From IMG/VR virus record IMGVR_UViG_3300042332_001032, positions 1 to 57,748 of that record: a stretch of DNA of 57,748 nt; one strand, written 5' to 3'. The notes beneath the pieces were generated by a model that saw nothing but the letters and a program-made list of their open reading frames with translations, did no database searches and had not been told where the DNA came from. This document shows, piece after piece, positions 48,852 to 56,826 of this stretch. The stretch's first letter is position 1; each line of letters begins with the position of its first letter. Made by a program: the position numbers and the translations under genes. This DNA comes from a virus. Taxonomy: Duplodnaviria > Caudoviricetes.

Positions 48852-49004
48852 ATGTCAAATAGATATTATTTTGGTCTCTTCCTTGCAACAGTACCATGGA
48901 CAGCTCTTACATTATCATATAATACCTGGCTTGGAGTATCTTTGCTCCCAGTCCAGATACTCGGTTTGTTCTTAATGCATAAATTTAGCAAAGATAAAGC
49001 CTAA
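48852..49004 (+). CDS. Small membrane protein (50 aa, not in ORF track)
   Basis: MSNRYYFGLFLATVPW...; two hydrophobic segments. Confidence 0.55.
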   Translation: MSNRYYFGLFLATVPWTALTLSYNTWLGVSLLPVQILGLFLMHKFSKDKA

Positions 49005-49020
49005 GAGCTTTTTTTTGTTC

Positions 49021-49092
49021 TTGCTAGTGCCTGCTTCTGGGCATAATATAGAAGCATAATAACGACAGCATCTGTTGTTAAATGATCTTTGA
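49021..49092 (+). promoter_or_regulatory. Promoter followed by hairpin and boxA-like antitermination signal
   Basis: TTGCTA-GTGCC..17 bp..TAATAT; hairpin 49060-49080; TGATCTTTGA 49083-49092. Confidence 0.55.
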
Positions 49093-49119
49093 TAGTCTTG
49101 ATAGAATTTTTTAAGATGG

Positions 49120-49887
49120 TTAGGAGCTGACATATAGCTCGGGTACATCCGATGTACCCGTGGGTTCGATCCCTTCTCCTACTTTCTTTAAGCGGAGTTT
49201 ATGTTCTATAATCTCTATAATAATATTAAAAAACTTTTGAGATGTTTCGATTTTAAAATATTTTTGTTGTGATGTATCAATGATACAGAGCTCAATACCT
49301 TTTTCGACACAAGCTTGAAACTTTCTTTTATCGTTATTTTGAATCTTTTGCAGTTGATTCGGACCGTAAATCGGTTCGTAGTGAAAAATACCATTTAGTT
49401 CAAATGCTATATTTAATGATGGTATATAAAAATCTAACTCAGAATTAATAGCGTCTTTGCGATTAAAGTGTATATTCAAATCCGGATATTTTAAAATTAA
49501 CTGTTCTTCTAACCAAATTTCTAATTTAGATCTACGTGTACCACGTGTCTTATGAGTGTTATTGTATGTCGCTGAACATGTACTACTACAAAAACGGTTT
49601 ATATTTTTTTTAAGTAAAGACGCTTTAACATATATTTCTTTGTTACACATAGTACAATTCTTAGTAATACCGGTTCTGTTATTATCACTTAAACATTTTC
49701 TTGTACAAAAATCTTTAGTATTCTCATTCCAATTCCATTTAAGCACATCTTTACTAAACAAAAACGCTTTACAATCCATTATTTGTCTTTTTGTTTTTAA
49801 ATACTCCGTATTACAATAATCGCAATTAACAGGTACTATGTCTTTACCTTTTAATTTGATAAACTCTTCTTTAGAAATTTTAATCAT
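49120..49887 (-). CDS. Putative PD-(D/E)xK homing endonuclease with zinc-ribbon repeats
   Basis: CxxC..FCS..C motifs, SKLE, ELDFYIPSL.IAFELNGIFHY; ATG after ATAAATA. Confidence 0.8.
   Translation of the reverse strand: MIKISKEEFIKLKGKDIVPVNCDYCNTEYLKTKRQIMDCKAFLFSKDVLKWNWNENTKDFCTRKCLSDNNRTGITKNCTMCNKEIYVKASLLKKNINRFCSSTCSATYNNTHKTRGTRRSKLEIWLEEQLILKYPDLNIHFNRKDAINSELDFYIPSLNIAFELNGIFHYEPIYGPNQLQKIQNNDKRKFQACVEKGIELCIIDTSQQKYFKIETSQKFFNIIIEIIEHKLRLKKVGEGIEPTGTSDVPELYVSS
49121..49183 (+). pseudogene. Degenerate tRNA-like sequence
   Basis: GGGTTCGATCCC T-arm and two hairpins, no canonical cloverleaf. Confidence 0.4.
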
Positions 49888-49959
49888 ATATTTATTTATG
49901 CTAAAAAACCGGTTTTCGAATCTCTCCGCCTCTTCCAAGTTTTTTTAGTGAAGTAAATA

Positions 49960-49987
49960 TTGCTAGTGCCTAAAAAGCTAGTATAAT
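49960..49987 (+). promoter_or_regulatory. tRNA-cluster promoter
   Basis: TTGCTA-GTGCC..16 bp..TATAAT; near-copy at 50420-50447. Confidence 0.65.
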
Positions 49988-50007
49988 ATTTTTTAGAATT
50001 TTTAAAT

Positions 50008-50089
50008 ACACCCGTATCACCACCGCCTTCTAAGCGGTCGTTAATCGTGTAACTGGAGTATGTGCGTTCGAGTCGCACCGGGTGTACCA
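50008..50089 (+). tRNA. tRNA-Arg(TCT)-like RNA lacking a D-arm
   Basis: ACACCCG/CGGGTGT-ACCA, ACCGC-CTTCTAA-GCGGT, GTGCG-TTCGAGT-CGCAC. Confidence 0.75.
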
Positions 50090-50100
50090 TTTTTATATAA

Positions 50101-50182
50101 GGGTAGTTCGGATAGTGGCAATTCCGGGAGACTGTAAATCTCTTGCCTTTCGGCTTCGCTGGTTCGAGTCCAGCACTGCCCA
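50101..50182 (+). tRNA. tRNA-Tyr(GTA)
   Basis: Cloverleaf, loop CTGTAAA, long variable arm. Confidence 0.92.
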
Positions 50183-50210
50183 GATCTTTTTAGCTTAAAT
50201 AAAATTATAC

Positions 50211-50312
50211 TGCGGGTTACAGTTCTGGGAACTGAGGGGTCTCATAGAGTTGCTTTGCTGAGGCGATTCTAGAAGCCTCTTTAGGAGAGTTCGATTCTCT
50301 CACCCGCTACCA
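50211..50312 (+). tRNA. tRNA-Met(CAT), initiator-like, with 27-nt insertion in the anticodon loop
   Basis: T1:T72 mismatch, encoded CCA; removing 50247-50273 restores GGGGT-CTCATAA-GCCTC. Confidence 0.8.
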
Positions 50313-50326
50313 TTTTTCTTTTAGAT

Positions 50327-50398
50327 GCCAGTATAGCACAGTGGTAGTGCAATGCTTTTGTAAAGCATGGGTCGGGGGTTCGAATCCCTCTACTGGCT
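50327..50398 (+). tRNA. tRNA-Thr(TGT)
   Basis: Cloverleaf, ATGCT-TTTGTAA-AGCAT. Confidence 0.92.
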
Positions 50399-50466
50399 GA
50401 TTCTCTTCTTAAAAATATCTGGCTAGTGCCTAAAAAGAATCTATAATAAGAAACATAAATTTAAAC

Positions 50467-50550
50467 GGTCGAGTGGCGAAATGGCGAAACGCAAGGGACT
50501 TAAAATCCCTTACATTAGAAACACTGTGGGTTCGAGTCCCACCTCGACTA
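50467..50550 (+). tRNA. tRNA-Leu(TAA)
   Basis: Cloverleaf, AGGGA-CTTAAAA-TCCCT, long variable region. Confidence 0.92.
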
Positions 50551-50573
50551 GTTTTCCTTACAATAACCAAACC

Positions 50574-51233
50574 TTGATCTCCTACAACAAATCCTATTTT
50601 CCGAATACTGAGTTTATCTTCGCACTCTCCGGGGGTATTGATAGTGTAGCTGCTTGTCATCTTCTAAAGAAGAAAAACTTTAATTTCATTGCAGTACATG
50701 TCAACAATAAATTCATTGAACAAGATGATGATATTGCTGAAGATGTTCAAAGGTTCTGCTACAAAGAAGAGATTCCGCTCCGTACTATTATCACTAAAGA
50801 GAAGTATGTTAAAGGTAGCAAAGAAGACTTTTGTAGAAACGTACGTTATAAAGCTCTAAGAGAGTATGCAGTAAGTCAAGAGGTTGATTTCATTTGCACG
50901 GCACATCACTTAGATGACTGTGTAGAATCGTACTTCTTAAACTTCCTTAAAGGGCATACAGAGTTTGTACCGATTCATTTTTACTGCAAATATCCAGAGG
51001 CTACAATCTTTCGACCATTTTTACTGAATAAAAAGCTTGAGTTTGCCTCATATGCAGCCCATAATAACCTCACACAATACGTTAAAGAAGATGAACTAAA
51101 TTCTGATTTAACGCTTATGAGGAACTGGACTAGAAAAGTAGTTCTTCCTGTAATTGATAAGAAGTATAAAGGTTTGCATAAAGTAGTTTTCAAAAAGATG
51201 AAGAATCATTTGGATAGTGTAGTGAAAGAGTAA
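50574..51233 (+). CDS. tilS: tRNA(Ile)-lysidine synthetase (catalytic domain only)
   Basis: ALSGG.DS, E...R..RY..L, TAHHLDD..E, RP.L...K, D..N......RN..R; probable TTG start downstream of tRNA-Leu. Confidence 0.9.
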   Translation: MISYNKSYFPNTEFIFALSGGIDSVAACHLLKKKNFNFIAVHVNNKFIEQDDDIAEDVQRFCYKEEIPLRTIITKEKYVKGSKEDFCRNVRYKALREYAVSQEVDFICTAHHLDDCVESYFLNFLKGHTEFVPIHFYCKYPEATIFRPFLLNKKLEFASYAAHNNLTQYVKEDELNSDLTLMRNWTRKVVLPVIDKKYKGLHKVVFKKMKNHLDSVVKE

Positions 51234-51246
51234 GTAATTTTTATAA

Positions 51247-51324
51247 GCCTGTGAAGCTTAAGTAGTTATAAGCACCTGTTTCATAAACTGGAGATAGTGG
51301 GAGCATGCCCCACGACAGGCACCA
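51247..51324 (+). tRNA. tRNA(CAT), probably Ile2 (lysidine)
   Basis: GCCTGT/ACAGGC-ACCA, loop TTCATAA, atypical T-loop; adjacent to tilS. Confidence 0.75.
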
Positions 51325-51360
51325 TTTAAAAAGATGCATTGTAAGAGTAGTTTATATACC

Positions 51361-52407
51361 TTACAATGCATCTTTTTTTCTTTTCCAATTATTAGGAATC
51401 GGTATTCCCATATCTTCCATAGCAAATTTTAAAAATCTATCATACCCTCCCAATTCTTTAAAACCTAATACTCTACCAGTTCGGGACTTTGAATACTTCT
51501 TCTCTATACATTCTACAATAAGGTCTCTTTTAGAGATAAAAAAATTAACTAATGTACTATTATTTCTTTCATGCTGCCTCCAACAATCATCGCTACAAAA
51601 CTTCTTACCATAGCGTTTATAAGGTATATTAAAAATATTACCGCAATTTATACACTCTCTCGTAAGTTCTTCTTGCGACACCTTAGTGTACTCAATAACC
51701 GGTAACACTGAAAGATCGATCTTACAATCACGAACTCTCTCTTCAATACGTTGCTTTATTAATTCAAAATAAGGTATCCCTAATTCGTTCTTAAAACCTG
51801 TCATTCTAGAAACATCTAATACATGTAGCTCTATGTTATTATTCTTGCAAAATTCTGACTTTTTTGTATCATTTGCAATTGTACATTTAAATACTTTTTC
51901 GCCGTGTATTGGTTTGTAATGATGTATACCATTTATTTCAAATGCTAACTTTAAGGATGGTATATAAATATCTAATTCTAAATCAGATCCATTCTCGGTT
52001 CTATCGTTAAAAAGCATTTTTAATGTCGGAAACGTTTCTTTTAAATTCTTTTCAATAAAATATTCAATTTTAGATTTTCTAGTACCGTGTGTTTTATGTT
52101 TATTGTTAAAAACTGCACTACAAGACATTCCACAAAATATATTACCTGGGCGACCTAAACGTTTTTGCTTTCTTGAAAATGTTAATTTACCGAAAGAATC
52201 TTTATATTGTATAATAGTGTTACATTGCTTACATGTCAGAGGAGCTTTTAGATATTCAGCTTCAACGATTGTCGATAGTTTTTTAGAGCCACATACATAC
52301 TCAGGTTTATGTACAACGCTATGAGAATTAAGAGCTCTTTTTGAATTAAATGTTTTATTACAGATTTCGCAACAAAACTCGTTATAAGTATTATTATATA
52401 TTTTCAT
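51361..52407 (-). CDS. Putative PD-(D/E)xK homing endonuclease with C2H2 and zinc-ribbon motifs
   Basis: CEIC...H...H, SKIE, LELDIYIPSLKLAFEINGIHHY; paralog of 49120..49887. Confidence 0.8.
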   Translation of the reverse strand: MKIYNNTYNEFCCEICNKTFNSKRALNSHSVVHKPEYVCGSKKLSTIVEAEYLKAPLTCKQCNTIIQYKDSFGKLTFSRKQKRLGRPGNIFCGMSCSAVFNNKHKTHGTRKSKIEYFIEKNLKETFPTLKMLFNDRTENGSDLELDIYIPSLKLAFEINGIHHYKPIHGEKVFKCTIANDTKKSEFCKNNNIELHVLDVSRMTGFKNELGIPYFELIKQRIEERVRDCKIDLSVLPVIEYTKVSQEELTRECINCGNIFNIPYKRYGKKFCSDDCWRQHERNNSTLVNFFISKRDLIVECIEKKYSKSRTGRVLGFKELGGYDRFLKFAMEDMGIPIPNNWKRKKDAL

Positions 52408-52421
52408 GTTTGTGTTAATTT

Positions 52422-52492
52422 TTAAGAGAGGACAGCTAGCTGTTTGTGTCTAGTTTCTTTAAAGGTACGAACTTTAAAGATTACTCTCTTAA
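52422..52492 (-). other. Structured 5' leader of the HEG
   Basis: 9-bp closing stem TTAAGAGAG/CTCTCTTAA enclosing two hairpins, between TAAATA and the ATG. Confidence 0.5.
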
Positions 52493-52562
52493 TATATTTA
52501 TTTCAAAAAGCTAATTTTCACTATTGACATCTTCCATTACACAAAATAAATAAGTTTTATAT

Positions 52563-52644
52563 TCTCCGTTAGTAGAATGGTAAATACACCCGACTGTTAA
52601 TCGGGAGCTGAAAGGCACTCTTGGTTCAAGTCCAAGACGGAGAG
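52563..52644 (+). tRNA. tRNA-Asn(GTT) with long variable arm
   Basis: TCTCCGT/ACGGAGA-G, CCCGA-CTGTTAA-TCGGG, variable arm GCTGAAAGGC. Confidence 0.88.
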
Positions 52645-52686
52645 AATTTCATCTACCTTTCCTTTTCCCTAGGTGGATTTCTTTCC

Positions 52687-52715
52687 TTGCAGGTTCCTCA
52701 ATAAGAACCTATACT
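52687..52715 (+). promoter_or_regulatory. Sigma70-like promoter with GTTCC extension
   Basis: TTGCAG-GTTCC..17 bp..TATACT. Confidence 0.65.
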
Positions 52716-52723
52716 CTTTAACA

Positions 52724-53452
52724 ATGAAAGACATGGATACAGGAGAAGCTAAACGCCGAGCTGAATGGCTAAATGAACACCGAGCCCCAAAAGACTGGCT
52801 CATTGTCACGGAATCTGAGATCTCTTCTGCTCGTACAGAATTTTCAGCAATTGAACGCGAATGCGGTAATTTAAAGGTACTACTAGCACAAAAAACTACA
52901 CAATACGAAATTGCACAAAAAGAGCTAGCTTTTATAAAGTCTAAGTGCGCTGAGGCAAACTTCGTATTTCTGGACGATCTTTCAAGTGAAGCAGGACACC
53001 CTGAAGAGGTTTTAGCTTTTATCAAAGGAGATGTGAAATTGAGTGAGAAATCAAAACCAGATTTTGCAACTGTATTAGAATTTGAGTCAGTGCAAAATCA
53101 AATTGAAGAGTTAACAAAGCTTTTGCGAGACACTGAGTATACGCTTGATGAGGTTAGAAAACTTCGTAACGGAGACAACAAGCTAATTCAATGTCTCGCT
53201 GAAGGTGCTGGTATTAAAATAAACTGCGATCCTAAAATGTTAGGAGTTGGGTGGGAGCAGTTCCATGATGGGGTAATGCTCTTAAAACGCGAGCGCGACG
53301 AGTTACGGGAGGCGTTGGAGCACATTGTTGAATATTGGAACCGTGATGAGAACGAAACGAGTATGTCAGATGCTCTGTGGCACATTATCCAAACGGCGGT
53401 TGATGTGCTACACGCGACAAAACCTGACCGACTCAAGGAGGGAGCGAAATGA
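52724..53452 (+). CDS. Hypothetical coiled-coil protein
   Basis: ORF trimmed to the ATG after the promoter. Confidence 0.7.
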   Translation: MKDMDTGEAKRRAEWLNEHRAPKDWLIVTESEISSARTEFSAIERECGNLKVLLAQKTTQYEIAQKELAFIKSKCAEANFVFLDDLSSEAGHPEEVLAFIKGDVKLSEKSKPDFATVLEFESVQNQIEELTKLLRDTEYTLDEVRKLRNGDNKLIQCLAEGAGIKINCDPKMLGVGWEQFHDGVMLLKRERDELREALEHIVEYWNRDENETSMSDALWHIIQTAVDVLHATKPDRLKEGAK

Positions 53453-53691
53453 AAGTATTTAGGTTGTGCTGGCAAGGTTGTTTTAGTCTTCCTGGTTACG
53501 GACCACACTCTGGAACTCTAATCTTGATCGGGCTTATCATCTTAGGAGCTCTTACCAGGGCACAAGATGGAGTAGAAAAGTCTCTTATTGGTGCAACAAT
53601 AATGGCTCTGTTCTTCGGGCCTATATATTCGATAGGGTCTTACGACAGAGCAAAATCTTATTATAAACAGCTCAAGGAGGATAAAAAATGA
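53449..53691 (+). CDS. Small membrane protein
   Basis: AGGAG RBS, ATGA overlap, two hydrophobic segments. Confidence 0.7.
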   Translation: MKVFRLCWQGCFSLPGYGPHSGTLILIGLIILGALTRAQDGVEKSLIGATIMALFFGPIYSIGSYDRAKSYYKQLKEDKK

Positions 53692-53933
53692 AAGGACCAG
53701 TAGAACCAGATTACAGTTGCCCGATGATTGATAGTGCTATTGAAGAAATTGAAAAAGCTAGAAAAATTCACGATAAATTACGAGAATGGGGTAAGTGGTG
53801 GCAAGAGCCATATGATGACTTGCAAAAAGAAATGAACACTGCGCTCGAAGAAAAAAATGATTATATTGATCTTCTTAAAGAGAGGATTGTAGAGCTTGAA
53901 AAAGAACTTAGCTATGTCAAACTTTCTGTTTAA
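53688..53933 (+). CDS. Hypothetical coiled-coil protein
   Basis: AGGAGG RBS; CP.ID.....LR.WG motif. Confidence 0.75.
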   Translation: MKGPVEPDYSCPMIDSAIEEIEKARKIHDKLREWGKWWQEPYDDLQKEMNTALEEKNDYIDLLKERIVELEKELSYVKLSV

Positions 53934-53938
53934 TATAA

Positions 53939-54121
53939 ATGAAAGACAAATACTATCTAAAGACTATTCCTTGCGTGCATGTTGGAAAAGGTGAATGGGT
54001 TCCAACAGACAGAGTAGAGTTTGTAGACCTCCCTGAAGATCCTCAGGGCTACGATCTCATGACCTTTATCTATGAAGGCAAAGAAATGCAATCCCGAGTT
54101 GCTTCCCAGCCTGTTTATTGA
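53939..54121 (+). CDS. Hypothetical protein
   Basis: 60-aa ORF. Confidence 0.6.
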   Translation: MKDKYYLKTIPCVHVGKGEWVPTDRVEFVDLPEDPQGYDLMTFIYEGKEMQSRVASQPVY

Positions 54122-54130
54122 AAATATTTA

Positions 54131-54159
54131 TTGCTAGTTCCTCTAGCAACCCCTAATAT
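54131..54159 (+). promoter_or_regulatory. Sigma70-like promoter with GTTCC extension
   Basis: TTGCTA-GTTCC..17 bp..TAATAT. Confidence 0.7.
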
Positions 54160-54169
54160 CAATCCTGCA

Positions 54170-54406
54170 ATGAAAACCACCAACACCACAGTCGACCTTG
54201 ATAGTGAAAAGTATTCAAAGATTCTTGATTCTCTTACGTTCGATGATCTGCTATATGAAATCTCTTGCTTGAAAGAGATTAATGAGAAAACAGCTCGCAA
54301 CGAATTTGAAATTACAATACAACACCTTGTAATGGCTGCTCGCAATAGTTTTGAGTGTAATCTCAAGAACATTGTCGAACACGTGAACAGCGTTCGCAAA
54401 GAATAA
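54170..54406 (+). CDS. Hypothetical protein
   Basis: ATG just after the promoter. Confidence 0.65.
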   Translation: MKTTNTTVDLDSEKYSKILDSLTFDDLLYEISCLKEINEKTARNEFEITIQHLVMAARNSFECNLKNIVEHVNSVRKE

Positions 54407-54619
54407 TTCTCGACCTGTCCACAATCAAATAATACTATGCAAATTGAACACGAATACAAACTCTTCCCTTTCACTATTACCATTGATGATGGTTATGGGG
54501 TAGACTAGCATTTGTTTTTGAACGAATAAATTGGCACTGCTGATACACCCGAAGCAAATGCAGTCTTTTTTTTAAAATAATTCTTGACGTTTCCTCAAAC
54601 AATATCTAATATCTAAACC

Positions 54620-54976
54620 ATGACAAACAAACAAATCAACATTGCAATCGCGCTATCGCGCGGGTGGACTGACTGCGTATTTGTAGAATCTCTCAAGCTA
54701 ACAAAAGGCTTTCCGCCGCCGAATAATCCCCCGATTTACGGCACATATGAAAATGGGATGGCCCAACTTCCAGACTATTGCAACGACCTCAATGTAATAC
54801 ACGGAGCGGTAATGACTCTGCCAGAAAACAAGCGAATATTATACGGAATGTATCTTGCTTCGATATGTGGGCATATGACTAAAAAAACCGTGGGGTTGTG
54901 GCACATATCCATAGCAACTGCTCGTCACCGCGCCGAGGCTTTTCTAAAAACAATCGGAAAATGGGAGGAAGCTTGA
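54620..54976 (+). CDS. Hypothetical phage protein (QIN.AIA..GW / PDYC.DLN / ATA..RAEAFL type)
   Basis: Recognisable small phage-protein motif pattern; promoter TTGACG..17 bp..TAATAT upstream. Confidence 0.75.
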   Translation: MTNKQINIAIALSRGWTDCVFVESLKLTKGFPPPNNPPIYGTYENGMAQLPDYCNDLNVIHGAVMTLPENKRILYGMYLASICGHMTKKTVGLWHISIATARHRAEAFLKTIGKWEEA

Positions 54977-54977
54977 T

Positions 54978-55187
54978 ATGCTTGAAATAAAAAACGGAAA
55001 CGAGACAATTACAATATCCAGCCAATCCGATTGTATTGCAATTGTGCACAGGGTTTATAGCCCGTACAAGGATTTTGCTGAAACAACAGCGTTTGCAATC
55101 GACAAAGAAGACTTGTTGGACATATTAAGACCGTATGCAAGATTAGTTAAAAACGAGCGCAATGAGGTATCTACATTTCAGGACTGA
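54978..55187 (+). CDS. Hypothetical protein (last codons supplied by element E)
   Basis: 69 aa; GGAGG RBS. Confidence 0.65.
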   Translation: MLEIKNGNETITISSQSDCIAIVHRVYSPYKDFAETTAFAIDKEDLLDILRPYARLVKNERNEVSTFQD

Positions 55188-55542
55188 GTGAAAGCCGAAG
55201 GATCTTTAGTCACTCAGATGAAACTCAGCCTTGCAAAAGATAAATAAAAAAGATAATTTAAAATAACCCCTTTAATGGAAATAGATCTAAAACAAAACAA
55301 CAAAAAGACCTTTCAGTGGCGTAGCAAGGAAGACTTCGTCTTCCTTTTGGATGCTGATACCAAGTATATCAAAGGCACAAACTAGTTACTATGGAACTAG
55401 ATCGGCAGGAACTGCCGATTACAGGCATGGAGCTGACATAAGACTATTAAAGCAATTTAAAAGCACAAGCGATGAAGTGTCTAAAAAGAAAGAACATTTA
55501 TGTTCTAGAAGCCGAACGATCTTTAGTCGTTCGGTAGTTCAC
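55175..55542 (+). mobile_element. Non-autonomous omegaRNA-bearing element E
   Basis: CTAC|ATTTCAGG...TAGTTCAC|ATG; removal restores an ATGA gene overlap. Confidence 0.92.
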
Positions 55543-55731
55543 ATGACAACAACTGAATACGATTTAATGTGCTGCTTTGAACAAGCGCATGATGCTCTAG
55601 TAGCAGCTGCAAGGATTGCTCATCTTGAAAATCATCCAGAGGCTACAGCAATCTCCGAGCTCATTGATACACTAGAAGACATTGATTTTAAGGTATGTGA
55701 TAAGGTATCATATAATGAAGGTAACAAATGA
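55543..55731 (+). CDS. Hypothetical protein
   Basis: True ATG directly follows element E. Confidence 0.65.
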   Translation: MTTTEYDLMCCFEQAHDALVAAARIAHLENHPEATAISELIDTLEDIDFKVCDKVSYNEGNK

Positions 55732-55913
55732 CACAAGACAGAATCAAGCAAAGAGCAGAAGAACTTAAAGTTATTTATATGAACGCTGGGGTTGATCCGA
55801 TCAGCAGATGGGAAATCCGCATTTCGCTCGGAGGGTTAGCAGACTTCTATCGCATCTACGACAAAGCAACCAAAGAAATCAAAGAACTGGAAGTAAACGA
55901 AGAAAACTGGTAA
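55728..55913 (+). CDS. Hypothetical protein
   Basis: 61 aa, ATGA overlap. Confidence 0.65.
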   Translation: MTQDRIKQRAEELKVIYMNAGVDPISRWEIRISLGGLADFYRIYDKATKEIKELEVNEENW

Positions 55914-55920
55914 ATAAATT

Positions 55921-56823
55921 ATGAGTAATCAATTAGACGGCATTGAGCCAAACGACATCATCAAAAAAGTAACGGGAAAAATCACCAAACTTTACAAAAC
56001 AAGAAGTGTAAACACAAAATATGGTGAGAAGAACTTCCAAGATGGAGAAATTGAAATCGACGGAAACGCTTACAAAATAACTTTTTGTAATAATGAACAA
56101 AAAGATTCAGTAAAAAATAGAACTGTAACTTTGTCTTCAACTCGCGGTAAACAAGGGTTGAATGGAGTTACATTTGCCGAAGAAAAATACGAGAACAAAG
56201 AAGGTAAGCAGGTTTGCAATCAAGTCATCAAGGTTTCAGTTTCGGCGAAAGTTGAATACGATGGCGCGAGCGAAGAACCTCCTCGTGTTGCAGCATCTGC
56301 CCAGCTTAAGAGTATCGTAACCGATAATCCAGAGCAGGCATTGGATGAGATCGTTGAGCTTCACCAATACATAGACTCCTTGGTTCGCATGGCATACCTT
56401 GGAAAGATCACAGACGAAGAAACCCTTGGCTCATATGTCTCATCGGTCTTCATTGAAGCTAACCGCAAGGGTATTCACTACTCGACCAAGGCCGAAGCAC
56501 CGAAGAAGGAAGAGACTGTCGAGGTAAAGGAAGAACTTAATCCCGACGACTGGGGTTCAGCCATCGTCCCATATGGATCACAGAAGGGAAAGAAGCTGGC
56601 AGAAATTGGCAAGCCTCGATTGATTAAATTGTATCATTATTATTGCAACTTGAATTTCGGTGAAGGAAATTTCACGACTCCATTTTCTAAGTGCGTAAAA
56701 AAAGCAGCAGAAGATCTTTCAATATCTGGCCCGATCAATCCCGGCAATCTGCATTCATATAAAGGTGCTAATATGTCAATTGACGAAGAATACTCAGAAA
56801 TAGCAGACGACATTCCATATTGA
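55921..56823 (+). CDS. Putative single-stranded DNA-binding protein
   Basis: OB-fold-like N-terminus and acidic DDIPY C-terminus. Confidence 0.6.
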   Translation: MSNQLDGIEPNDIIKKVTGKITKLYKTRSVNTKYGEKNFQDGEIEIDGNAYKITFCNNEQKDSVKNRTVTLSSTRGKQGLNGVTFAEEKYENKEGKQVCNQVIKVSVSAKVEYDGASEEPPRVAASAQLKSIVTDNPEQALDEIVELHQYIDSLVRMAYLGKITDEETLGSYVSSVFIEANRKGIHYSTKAEAPKKEETVEVKEELNPDDWGSAIVPYGSQKGKKLAEIGKPRLIKLYHYYCNLNFGEGNFTTPFSKCVKKAAEDLSISGPINPGNLHSYKGANMSIDEEYSEIADDIPY

Positions 56824-56826
56824 TTC

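Noticed and set aside
50481-50573. N-terminal extension of TilS, and likewise ORF starts at 47715 and 49938
   Set aside because: These starts lie inside tRNA or tRNA-remnant sequence
52711-52725. boxA-like ACTCTTTAACAAT
   Set aside because: It overlaps the -10 box and start region of a promoter, so it is largely not transcribed; probably coincidental
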